A DNA stretch of 64,000 nucleotides, from contig JBGVSY010000015.1 in NCBI GenBank assembly GCA_041862235.1, positions 11,866 to 75,865 of the forward strand. The letters run 5' to 3'. A program made the translations under genes and the position numbers. Under the pieces are notes generated by a model that worked only from the letters and a program-made list of their open reading frames with translations, was not told where the DNA came from and made no database searches. This document shows, piece after piece, positions 36,983 to 45,542 of this stretch. The DNA is from Nitrososphaeria archaeon. Lineage in GTDB: Archaea > Thermoproteota > Nitrososphaeria_A > Caldarchaeales > JAVZCJ01. Every line of letters begins with the position of its first letter. Positions within the stretch are counted from its first letter, which is position 1.

Positions 36983-37951
36983 ATGGGACAATCTATCATG
37001 CAGCGGTTGGCGGTCATAAAGGGACCTCAGCTACTTTCCTATGATTTCCCTCGCAGCCACCCTTTGAAGTCTGATAGGGTCGAGATATTTTGGAGAATGC
37101 TCGAAGAATCAGAAGGTGAGCTGGGGGGCTCCATCATCTTCGTCGACCCTGTTGTTGCAACTGACCAGCAGCTACTACTCTTCCACGAACGTGATTATCT
37201 ACGGTTTGTTCAGCTGATGTCGAATAGAGGCGGAGGCCTTCTAGACTACGGGGATACCCCAGCCTTCAAGGGATGCTATGAAGCAGCTGCATACTGCGTC
37301 GGATCTACGCTCAAAACTATAGAGATGGTTCTCAACAGGGAGGCCGACCACGGCTTCAATCCGGTGGGAGGCTTTCACCACGCAAGAAGAAGTGCCGCTG
37401 CAGGCTTCTGTATATTCAATGATGCCGGTGTCGCAATAGAATACCTCCTGCGCGTGAAAGGCATCTCTCCTGTTGCATACGTGGATATGGATGCTCATCA
37501 TGGTGATGGGGTCTGCTATGAATTCTACAGCAACAAGAAACTCATATTCGTAGACATTCATCAGGATGGCAGATCACTCTACCCTGGGTCTGGCTTCGCG
37601 TATGAGACGGGAGAGGGCGAAGCTGTGGGAACAAAGCTGAACACTCCACTTCCAGCGGGATCCGGTGACTCGGAATTTAAGGAAGCCTTCGAGAAGGGGT
37701 TGAGGTTCCTTAACCAGTTCTCGCCTCGTTTCATCCTCTTTCAGTGCGGAGCTGACGGCCTCGAGGGAGATCCCCTCACTGGCCTGAGGTATTCGGAGGA
37801 AGCTCATGCTTTCGCTGCGGCTCGCCTGAACGAGATCGCGCACAGGCTCTGTGAGGGCAGGCTGGTGGCTCTGGGCGGGGGAGGCTACAGTCCTGACGGT
37901 ACAGCAAAAGCCTGGATGCAGGTGGCGAAAGCCCTGATTCAGCCCCCTTGA
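36983..37951 (+). CDS. Histone deacetylase-family (HDAC/AcuC-like) lysine or polyamine deacetylase
   Basis: Motifs are GGFHHARRSAAAGFCIFNDAGVA, VDMDAHHGDG and GGGGYSP. ATG 36983 is preceded by GAGGT; alternatives are ATG 36998 or the track start at 36866. Confidence 0.8.
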   Translation: MGQSIMQRLAVIKGPQLLSYDFPRSHPLKSDRVEIFWRMLEESEGELGGSIIFVDPVVATDQQLLLFHERDYLRFVQLMSNRGGGLLDYGDTPAFKGCYEAAAYCVGSTLKTIEMVLNREADHGFNPVGGFHHARRSAAAGFCIFNDAGVAIEYLLRVKGISPVAYVDMDAHHGDGVCYEFYSNKKLIFVDIHQDGRSLYPGSGFAYETGEGEAVGTKLNTPLPAGSGDSEFKEAFEKGLRFLNQFSPRFILFQCGADGLEGDPLTGLRYSEEAHAFAAARLNEIAHRLCEGRLVALGGGGYSPDGTAKAWMQVAKALIQPP

Positions 37952-38677
37952 TTGAGACAAACCCAGCTTGGGTTGCGGCTGTGGAAAGTAGGGTAAATGC
38001 GAGGCCGATCGATCAGGAAGACGTAGAAGTAGGCTGGAGGGAGGGGCGAGATCGTACACACAGTCAGGAGCAACGGCCAATGCGCTTCGTTCTTCAGGCG
38101 TTGCAAGAGTTTTGGATAAGAACAGACTATTTTACCGGTATCTCCTTTTCCAGCCATCTTTTGGGCGCCGTAATCTCGTGCACTATGGCATTGAAGGCCG
38201 CTCTCGTCTTATCTGGATCTACGGCGCAAGGTAGCTTTAGGGTGAGACGATACTCGGAGCGGCGCGTCTCGCCCAATCTGAAGCCAGGGCCGGCTCTGAC
38301 GATCGACCGAATCTCTCTGACATTCTCTGACATCTCCTAGAGACATACCGGAGATAGCTCGATCGATCCTTGCTCTTCCACATCGGATCCATCAACCGCT
38401 GCGTCCTCCTAATGAGGTCTCTCATATGTATCTTAACCTCATCGGCGGTCTCGAAAAGAGGAGACACATCCACCTCAAATCCTAGAATCCTTCCCGCAAA
38501 CCGTAGAAGATCGATCGAAGATGACCTCGGACTCTTGCTCGCAATCCAGTCGATCAACTCAGATATAAACGGGCCTCAGCACAGAAATTGGTATCGGAGT
38601 TTCCGAGAAAAATGCCACGAAGTCAGTCTTCGCGTACAGCCTCATCAACTCCTTGATGCCGCTCTCGTGAACCGCAA

Positions 38678-38689
38678 TCGATCGATCGA
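38678..38689. repeat. TCGATCGATCGA 12-nt palindrome in the unassigned 37.95-38.74 kb region
   Basis: Read directly. It is one of five GATCGATC copies within about 700 bp. Confidence 0.9.
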
Positions 38690-38739
38690 GCAGTCAAATA
38701 CTGGAAGCGCAGCCAGCGGCATTGTTGGACAAAAAGAAT

Positions 38740-38889
38740 CTATCTGGGAAATTCACGTCTGTAGTGAGGACATTCAACATTACTGCAATGCAAGACTGAT
38801 GAACATCCAGCACATGAGAACACTCGCGAGTAACTAATGTCAAAAGTCCTCCCACAGGAAAGACAGGTCACCAGCCTGCTATTTGACAT
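38740..38889 (-). CDS. Possible 49-aa C4 zinc-ribbon protein
   Basis: MSNSRLVTCLSCGRTFDISYSRVFSCAGCSSVLHCSNVECPHYRREFPR* contains C-x2-C-x14-C-x2-C. It is co-oriented downstream of the ATP-grasp/membrane gene pair. There is no convincing SD site. Confidence 0.3.
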   Translation of the reverse strand: MSNSRLVTCLSCGRTFDISYSRVFSCAGCSSVLHCSNVECPHYRREFPR

Positions 38890-38938
38890 TCTTTGTGGAT
38901 CTGAATGACAGCGGCATTCATCGCTATGTCCCAGTTTC

Positions 38939-39751
38939 CTAGTCTCGCGTTGATTCATGGATTCCTGTAAGTGAGGTCAAACGCGTCGCCACCAATGTTC
39001 CCACAACAAGTGATATGGCAACCTGGATGGGTGTCACCAAAGCTCCTCCCATCCATATGTACCTGAGTGTCTCAACATTGAATCCATAGAGGAAACTGTA
39101 CGTCTGACACGGAATAAACAGGAATATCCTGAACAATATATCTGACTCGAGCCCAATAAGAGCTGAGAATAGAAAACGGTAGGTCGGTCTGTCTTTCCAT
39201 CTATCGATCAATCCTCGAAACGACCATACATCAAACTGCTTTGAGACCCGCACGGCGCGCGACATCAGCAGGATGTATACCACATAGGTGTCCCACATTC
39301 CCCAGATCGGAAGTCCCCATGCCACCGGCGTTAAGAAATATGCAGCGAGGAGAGCCGTCTGGTACACAGCAACACCCCTGACCCGCCCCCTGAAAACATG
39401 TCCGGAGATCATTGCTCCCACTGGGGCGCCCATCATGAACAGAAACTCAGCCGGGCCTCGATAATTGACGAAGTGGCCTAGAAGAACACCGATCAAAACC
39501 GCGATAGCCCCCTGACGAGGACCTAGAATCACTCCTGTCAGCGGCTCTGTAATGAACACCCAACTCATCCAGACACCCGTCTGAAATTGAGGAATCCCAG
39601 GGACCGAGTCGAAAACCGCGTTCATCGCGGAGAAAAGTGCAATCCGCGCAATAGCCGACGAAGTTCTGACAGAGGGCGATCTATCGATCGTGCCTCGATT
39701 CGAGGAGTTTAACGCTTTGGGGGGACAAAGACCGGAGTCCCTCACTCTCAT
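38939..39751 (-). CDS. Multi-pass membrane protein (ECF S-component-like)
   Basis: About 270 aa with 6-7 hydrophobic helices. Its ATG overlaps the stop of the upstream ATP-grasp gene (ATGA at 39748-39751). Confidence 0.45.
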   Translation of the reverse strand: MRVRDSGLCPPKALNSSNRGTIDRSPSVRTSSAIARIALFSAMNAVFDSVPGIPQFQTGVWMSWVFITEPLTGVILGPRQGAIAVLIGVLLGHFVNYRGPAEFLFMMGAPVGAMISGHVFRGRVRGVAVYQTALLAAYFLTPVAWGLPIWGMWDTYVVYILLMSRAVRVSKQFDVWSFRGLIDRWKDRPTYRFLFSALIGLESDILFRIFLFIPCQTYSFLYGFNVETLRYIWMGGALVTPIQVAISLVVGTLVATRLTSLTGIHESTRD

Positions 39752-41040
39752 TTCACCGCTAATGCTCTCAAGACCCTCGAGGCGCGACGTCTGGCAAGCC
39801 CTAACGATTTGCTCTCTGTTCTTCCCAAAGCGATGACCGAGCAAACCGGTTCTCCCTTCTCGACAAGGCTCCCGGGCAGGGGAACGTTTCTAAACCAGCG
39901 TTCGTGTCTGAAATCCGGCACTAGGCATCTTTCTGGGGCATACACTATGAGTCTGGTGCAAAAAGCTTTTTGATGGGCGATCTTGGCCGGCAGTTTTCCA
40001 CGGAGACAGGCGTTCACATGCATTTTGACCACGTTTAGCCCAAAAGCCTTCTCCACACATTCAAGTGTCCCTTGAAACCTGGGGTTAACCTCAATTACAC
40101 AAGGATGACCATCTGGCGAGATCACGAAGTCGACACCGTTCGACCCAACCAATCCAAAGTGTACGCAAACTTCCTCAGCTATCCGCATACACTCTCTAAC
40201 TACGTTTCGATGCATGGAAATTGGAACGATGTTTCCACACCAGCCAAAGGCGTGCCGCTGGAAAAGTCTATGATCCCCTAAAATCTGTTTGCTAGCCGCG
40301 ACGGACTTTGCACGTCCAGACGCTGAAATAACAGAGACGCTAGCCGGAACCCCGGGGACATATCTTTGCACGAGCACGCGAGAGGACGAGCCACGGACCC
40401 TAGCGAAGGATTCCGCGAGGTCCCTCGTGTTCTTAACGAGCTTGATTCTGGTTCCGCCCGAGGTGGACCAAGGCTTCATCACAACGGGGAATCCGATTTG
40501 AGCCGCCGCCGCCTCAGCTTCCTCTCTGTCGGCTGCGAAAATGGTCTTGGGGTGCGGTAGTGATAGTCGACCAAGTTCATCGAAGAAGAACCTCTTATCT
40601 CGCACGTGTTTGATGGCGCTAGGTGGGTTTCCGAGAATGGGAGCCAACTCATTTAGCTTTTCGAGGATGTTCCTCGAGTCGTCCAGTCCCGACGCCAGCA
40701 GCATGAATTGAGGTCGACACAGAGACACCAAGCGTCGAGCTATCTCAAGGAGGCCTTGAGGGCTGTAGCGGGTTTCAACGGTCCCCGAAGATTCCCCCAC
40801 CCTCTGCTGAATGATTGATTGCGAATGAAGACAGAGGCTCTTGAGATCGAGGTCGCCGAAGTAGTCCACGGCGCAGACTGAGTAGCCAGCTCTTGCCGCA
40901 GATGCCGCCAGCCCAGGGGCGTCCAACCCTACTACCATGATACGAGGTGAGTGATCGAGACCGACCTGGTCCATGGCAGCATCCTCCGGGGAAAGGTGAC
41001 TAGCTGAGCGTTCAATGTGGGAGCTCAAAGTATAAGACAT
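39748..41040 (-). CDS. ATP-grasp superfamily ligase (COG2232-like predicted carboligase)
   Basis: 430 aa. The N-terminal Rossmann-like part is MVVGLDAPGLAASAARAGYSVCAVDYFGD, and the ATP-grasp core is FPVVMKPWSTSGGTRIKLV...LVQRYVPG...NGVDFVI...CVIEVNPRFQG. Confidence 0.55.
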   Translation of the reverse strand: MSYTLSSHIERSASHLSPEDAAMDQVGLDHSPRIMVVGLDAPGLAASAARAGYSVCAVDYFGDLDLKSLCLHSQSIIQQRVGESSGTVETRYSPQGLLEIARRLVSLCRPQFMLLASGLDDSRNILEKLNELAPILGNPPSAIKHVRDKRFFFDELGRLSLPHPKTIFAADREEAEAAAAQIGFPVVMKPWSTSGGTRIKLVKNTRDLAESFARVRGSSSRVLVQRYVPGVPASVSVISASGRAKSVAASKQILGDHRLFQRHAFGWCGNIVPISMHRNVVRECMRIAEEVCVHFGLVGSNGVDFVISPDGHPCVIEVNPRFQGTLECVEKAFGLNVVKMHVNACLRGKLPAKIAHQKAFCTRLIVYAPERCLVPDFRHERWFRNVPLPGSLVEKGEPVCSVIALGRTESKSLGLARRRASRVLRALAVK

Positions 41041-41051
41041 CTCCTGTGGCG

Positions 41052-41061
41052 CGATCGATCG
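41052..41061. repeat. CGATCGATCG palindrome in the divergent ATP-grasp / DUF99 intergenic region
   Basis: Read directly. It lies 12-21 nt upstream of the minus-strand ATG at 41040. Confidence 0.9.
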
Positions 41062-41138
41062 AGTTTGGAGCTGTAGTTTTCTCCTCAGTTGGCAGAGAGC
41101 TTTAAGTCTCTGAGATGAGGCTTGTATCTGGATTTTGG

Positions 41139-41771
41139 ATGCGGCTGCACCTGGGAAAGAAGGGTCTGCGTGTTCTCGGGGTGGCTGAAAGCTTTGTACG
41201 TGAGAAGAGCGATCGAGCTGCTTTGGCCGGAGTGGTGATGAGGACGGATGGAGTCATCGATGGTTTTTCGCTGGGTTCTTGCCGTGTAGGTGGAATGGAT
41301 TCCACCGAAAACATCATTCGGATGTTTCGAGATTTGGGAAGAGAAGACATCAATGCCCTCATGCTCAACGGATGCGTCATAAGCTGGTTCAACGTTGTCG
41401 ATCTGAATGTACTTCATGAATCCATTGGCTTACCGACGACGTGTGTGACGTATGATGCTTCTGAAGGACTCAAGAAGTACTTCGAAGAATACTTTCCGCA
41501 CGACTGGGAGCGCAGATACTTCGTATACCAAAGAAACGGAGCGAGAACAAGGGTCAAGCTTAGGACCGGATACCCGATCTTCCTGCGGTGTTTCGGAATG
41601 GAGGTGGAGGAAGGGCTCGGTTTGGTGAATAGGTTCACTGTTCACGGGAAGATACCTGAACCCATAAGGCTCTCAAAGTCGCTGGCTCACTGTTTCTTTA
41701 GAACGTTCTCCACTGCGAGATGGGAGTCGCACTGCCTCCAAAATAACAAGGATGGAGCGCAAGATGCCTAA
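41139..41771 (+). CDS. UPF0215/DUF99 family protein (EndoV-like fold)
   Basis: LRVLGVAESF...ALAGVVMRTDGVIDGFSLGSCRVGGMDSTENIIRMF...INALMLNGCVISWFNVVD is typical of DUF99. Confidence 0.6.
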   Translation: MRLHLGKKGLRVLGVAESFVREKSDRAALAGVVMRTDGVIDGFSLGSCRVGGMDSTENIIRMFRDLGREDINALMLNGCVISWFNVVDLNVLHESIGLPTTCVTYDASEGLKKYFEEYFPHDWERRYFVYQRNGARTRVKLRTGYPIFLRCFGMEVEEGLGLVNRFTVHGKIPEPIRLSKSLAHCFFRTFSTARWESHCLQNNKDGAQDA

Positions 41772-41958
41772 GAGCACAGCTGTGATCGATCGTCTTCTTG
41801 GCCCTCTAGATGAAGACCAATTGACGTGTTGGACCGATCGATCTTGGGCATATAAGCCCCCACTGTGGCAATGATTCAGCTAAAAATGTCAGCCTTCTTC
41901 GCAACCCGCTGAAAAACGATAAATCCCTTAGAATTCTCGATGGCTGGTGGAGTCGAGT

Positions 41959-43008
41959 ATGACCCTCCTTTTCATAGGGCTTGGAGTGGATGGATTGGAC
42001 GGGATAACGTTGCAGGCCTTGCGCGCGATTCGAGAATCAGACCTTGTCCTTCTAGACGTGTACACAGGCCGTGTTGCTAAGGATCTACGAAGCGAACTGG
42101 AGAAGAAATCGGGAAGAGAGATCGTTGATGCTGGAAGAAGCCTACTAGAGGAGCAACAGAGAAACGTTGTGGAGAAGGCCCGATCCGAGGAAGTCGCTAT
42201 ACTTGTTCCCGGAGACCCGTTCGCAGCCACAACCCATGTCTCGCTCAGGCTCCTGGCCGCCAGAATGAGTGTTCAGACTCTGGTGTTTCACGGCGTGTCG
42301 ATTTTCTCAAGTGCTCCAAGCGCCTGCGGCCTTCAGTCCTACAAATTCGGTCGGACTGTCACGATCCCCAAGACGGAGGATCTAGATTTGGTTCAGTCAG
42401 CCTACCGGGGGATCAAGGAGAACTTGGCGAGGGGTCTTCATACATTGGTTCTCCTCGACACCAAGGACGGCGGCTTGTCTATGCAAGACGCTCTTCAAAT
42501 GCTTCTCGACTTGGAGGAGAGGAAGAAGAGACATGTGGTGAGGCCGGACATGCTGACCATCGGCCTAGCTAGGATTGGATATCCTGATGTAAGAATTGCG
42601 GCAGAAGCCCTTGAGGAGATCAGGCTACAGACCTTCCCTCAGCCGCCTCACTGCTTAGTGTTCCCTGGAGACCTTCACTTCGCAGAGGAGGAAGCCCTGG
42701 TTCTCATCGCCGGCGCCCCTGAAACGTTGGTACGGGGCCATCGCGCCAGAAACGAAGTCGCTGAGAGGACAGGCAGATATCTCAGCAAGGCGGAATCGGT
42801 TCTTAGGAACATAGCCTTGAGAGACCTGCCTGCGTCTCTCAGCCTTGAAGATGTGGAGCGGGTGACTGCTCAAGCTAGCAACTACACTGAAGACACAAAG
42901 CACTTCCTCACTGCTGGGGATGCTGAGACAGCGTTGGCATCCATCTCCTATTCCGAGGGACTGCTCGACGCGCTAAGACTATTAGGTTTGGCTAGATTCA
43001 CTTGGTAG
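41959..43008 (+). CDS. dph5: Diphthine synthase fused to a C-terminal ~85-aa helical domain (DUF357-like)
   Basis: The N-terminus MTLLFIGLGVDGLDGITLQALRAIRESDLVLLDVYT and the ...VPGDPFAATTH... tetrapyrrole-methylase fold fit Dph5. It is about 349 aa, whereas my recollection for Dph5 is about 260. The ATG is preceded by GGTGGAG. Confidence 0.75.
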   Translation: MTLLFIGLGVDGLDGITLQALRAIRESDLVLLDVYTGRVAKDLRSELEKKSGREIVDAGRSLLEEQQRNVVEKARSEEVAILVPGDPFAATTHVSLRLLAARMSVQTLVFHGVSIFSSAPSACGLQSYKFGRTVTIPKTEDLDLVQSAYRGIKENLARGLHTLVLLDTKDGGLSMQDALQMLLDLEERKKRHVVRPDMLTIGLARIGYPDVRIAAEALEEIRLQTFPQPPHCLVFPGDLHFAEEEALVLIAGAPETLVRGHRARNEVAERTGRYLSKAESVLRNIALRDLPASLSLEDVERVTAQASNYTEDTKHFLTAGDAETALASISYSEGLLDALRLLGLARFTW

Positions 43009-43027
43009 ATGAGCAGGGTTACTGGCG

Positions 43028-43486
43028 ATGGTTCGAACGGTCTTGGCTTCAGGCGTTTTTGATCTGCTTCACCCTGGCCACGTGATATATCTCTCTGAAG
43101 CCAAGAGGGCCGGAGGAAAGAACGCCCGACTGGTTGTGGTTGTTGCAAGAGACTCGACTGTCAGGAAGGTGCGAAATCGGGGACCCGTGTTTAACGAGGA
43201 GGCTAGAAGAATATTGGTCGAATCGCTCAGGCCAGTTGACAAAGCAATCCTAGGAAGCGAGCCGTTCTCATTCGAGGAAATCGTGCGGAAGGTTAGGCCC
43301 GATGTCGTGGCGTTTGGCTATGATCAAGAGAGATGGATGAGAGACTTCCTAAAGACAAAGAAGAGGATGAAGTGGAAGATAAAGGCCGTGAGAATAAAGG
43401 AGTTTAGGAGCAGCCCGATTCATAGCAGCTCAGCTGCGGTTAAGAAGATTCTCAAGCAGGACGCCTGGAGGAAAGCTAGCGGATAG
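43028..43486 (+). CDS. ribL: Archaeal FAD synthase (CTP-dependent FMN adenylyl/cytidylyltransferase, RibL)
   Basis: 152 aa with the nucleotidyltransferase motif VLASGVFDLLHPGHVIYLSEAK. Confidence 0.75.
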   Translation: MVRTVLASGVFDLLHPGHVIYLSEAKRAGGKNARLVVVVARDSTVRKVRNRGPVFNEEARRILVESLRPVDKAILGSEPFSFEEIVRKVRPDVVAFGYDQERWMRDFLKTKKRMKWKIKAVRIKEFRSSPIHSSSAAVKKILKQDAWRKASG

Positions 43487-44146
43487 GGTCACTCGATCTC
43501 CATCCTTCAACCCAAGTGTCTCGCGGAAGTAGTCCCTAGCCATGACCTCAACAACGGAAGAGTCATAGTGCGTTCTCTCCGAGAAAACTATTACGCACTC
43601 CACGGAATCGTTTAGAATCGCTTGCAAGCATTTCGCTGCCCCATAGGTCCTGCTCTTGTCGCTGAACCCCGCTATCTCTACAGGAGCCATCCTCTCCATC
43701 AGCAACCTATTCTCTATGGAGCCTCTGTTGTCCAGCCTGATGTTCAGAGTGCCCGGATATGGCCTGTACCCGAACTTCTTCTCAAACTGCTGAAGGTATC
43801 CCTTTAGGCTGGTGTAGTATGAACCCTCACCTATTCCCGAGAACACTCTTCCTTGGAGAACGAGCTTTGCGGGCATCTCGAAGACCCCCCTGTATTCGAC
43901 AAAGATTTCCCTGAGTGCCCTGAGACCTTCAGGGGTTATCTTGACGAAACTCCTTCTTCCGCTCTTCTTCCTATGGATGAATCCCCGCTTCTCCAAGCTC
44001 CTGAGCTGCCTCGAGGCTGATTGCTGCGATATCCCCAGTTCTTCGGCGAGTGAGGATGTCGTAGCCTCGACAGGGATGACATAGGAGCTCCTCCTAGCCA
44101 GCAGGAGAAGAAGACGTTCCTTAGATCCACGCAGCATCTCATTCAC
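43430..44146 (-). CDS. rbkR: Winged-helix regulator fused to CTP-dependent riboflavin kinase (RbkR type)
   Basis: The N-terminal wHTH is LAEELGISQQSASRQLRSLEKRGFI. The C-terminal archaeal riboflavin kinase part reads GRVFSGIGEGSYY...YPGTLNIRLD...KDGDRVTL. Confidence 0.75.
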   Translation of the reverse strand: MNEMLRGSKERLLLLLARRSSYVIPVEATTSSLAEELGISQQSASRQLRSLEKRGFIHRKKSGRRSFVKITPEGLRALREIFVEYRGVFEMPAKLVLQGRVFSGIGEGSYYTSLKGYLQQFEKKFGYRPYPGTLNIRLDNRGSIENRLLMERMAPVEIAGFSDKSRTYGAAKCLQAILNDSVECVIVFSERTHYDSSVVEVMARDYFRETLGLKDGDRVTLSASFPPGVLLENLLNRS

Positions 44147-44152
44147 TCTCTT

Positions 44153-44857
44153 TCACCTCGTTAGCCTGCGGCTCTCTCTCAGTAGAAATCTCGCGGTCTT
44201 GTGAGCCAGCCGCATCGGAACAGGCAGTCTGCCTCCATCGATTAGGCGGGTTACTATTTCAGTAGCTCTCTTGAGGGAGATCATGTTTCCCACGCTCACG
44301 TAAATAGGTCCCTTGGATGTTTGGATCATCTTGGCCGCCATTTTTCTCTCCTCGTCGAAGACATAATTTTCTCCTCCGTCCAAGACGACTGTATATCCTT
44401 TGAGCAAGCTCGAGGATACGCCTACGCACGGAATCTTTCCCACAACACCCACGTGGGTGGCGAGCCCGCAACGTCTAGGGTGTGCCAGGCCGTGGCCGTT
44501 CACCATCAATATGTCTGGCCGGGCTTCGAGTCGACGAAGCACGGCAAATATGAACCGCGCTTCCCTGAATGCGAGGAAGGTGGGAATGTAGGGAAATCCA
44601 ACACGTCCAAGAAAAACTTTGGATTCCTTTTCACAGCGATCCTTCATGGAAATCACGACAACTGCTGCAGCGCCGTTCTCCGAGTCATAAGCCACGTCAA
44701 CCCCGGCTATTAGTTCCGGGTCTTCCTTGACGACATCCTCCTTGACTGTCTTCGCCGCGAGCAGGGCTTGGGCCTTCGCAGCCCGTCGAACCGAGAATCC
44801 TCTAGGAACTGTCGCTGGCCGACGCGAACATGGATACCTTCCTTCGGGAGTGGGCAA
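44153..44857 (-). CDS. nfi: Endonuclease V
   Basis: IAGVDVAY...GFPYIPTFLAFREARF...PDILMVNGHGLAHPRRCGLATHVGV. Confidence 0.8.
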   Translation of the reverse strand: MPTPEGRYPCSRRPATVPRGFSVRRAAKAQALLAAKTVKEDVVKEDPELIAGVDVAYDSENGAAAVVVISMKDRCEKESKVFLGRVGFPYIPTFLAFREARFIFAVLRRLEARPDILMVNGHGLAHPRRCGLATHVGVVGKIPCVGVSSSLLKGYTVVLDGGENYVFDEERKMAAKMIQTSKGPIYVSVGNMISLKRATEIVTRLIDGGRLPVPMRLAHKTARFLLRESRRLTR

Positions 44858-44871
44858 GCGTGTTTCAACCT

Positions 44872-45531
44872 TTACGGCCTAGGCGCGGTGGTGTGACGAT
44901 GTTTTTTGCCAGAGCTCTTCCCCACGGCTGTCATCATGTCTTCGATTCGAGCCCTCTGGTATTCCATTGTGACGTCGCCGCGCGTGTGTTCGACCAATGC
45001 TCTCACTTGGTCGCATTTTCTACGAAGACCCCTCGTGCTGGGTGCGGCATGAAGAGTGATCATCAGCTCGTCATAGATCTTCTCCATTGTTTCAAAGCTT
45101 TTGATCGCCTTGGCTACCTCCCCTCTCCTAATGCTGTCCAAGCATGATCTTCTCAACTCTCCGCAGAAGTCGGCCAATCCAAGGATGTAGGCTTCACGAG
45201 GAGCTCGTATCTTCGTCGGCGACATCAGCCTCCCTGTCCTCACATATTCGCGCAGGAGCTTTGCTTCACAATACTCTTGGTAGGCTTGGTTCATCGCGCC
45301 GTGGTGCCGGAGCTCCCTTTCTTGTCGACTAGCCTGCTTCGCAAGGGAAAGGATTTCCTCGACTTGGGCAATGCGGCGATCTGCCTCGTTCAACTTTTGT
45401 CGATGTAGCGATATGATGGCTGCGCTGCACTCCTGGATGGCTCTTCTTCCGAGCTTCAGAATTTCTTCTCGAGCCTCAGCCTTCACCGAGAGGTCTCTCC
45501 TAAGTTTCTCCATAGCCTTCTCGAAGCTCAT
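44872..45531 (-). CDS. Translin-family protein
   Basis: 219 aa and all-helical. The ...AYILGLADFCGELRR... motif is typical of translin/TRAX. Confidence 0.6.
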   Translation of the reverse strand: MSFEKAMEKLRRDLSVKAEAREEILKLGRRAIQECSAAIISLHRQKLNEADRRIAQVEEILSLAKQASRQERELRHHGAMNQAYQEYCEAKLLREYVRTGRLMSPTKIRAPREAYILGLADFCGELRRSCLDSIRRGEVAKAIKSFETMEKIYDELMITLHAAPSTRGLRRKCDQVRALVEHTRGDVTMEYQRARIEDMMTAVGKSSGKKHRHTTAPRP

Positions 45532-45542
45532 TCCATGCTCAC

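Noticed and set aside
37948-38837. Plus-strand ORFs of 130 aa and 155 aa in the unassigned region
   Set aside because: Their compositions are not protein-like (Ser/Arg/Cys-rich, no motifs). They run antisense to the more coherent, though fragmented, minus-strand frames. The region is reported as a finding instead.
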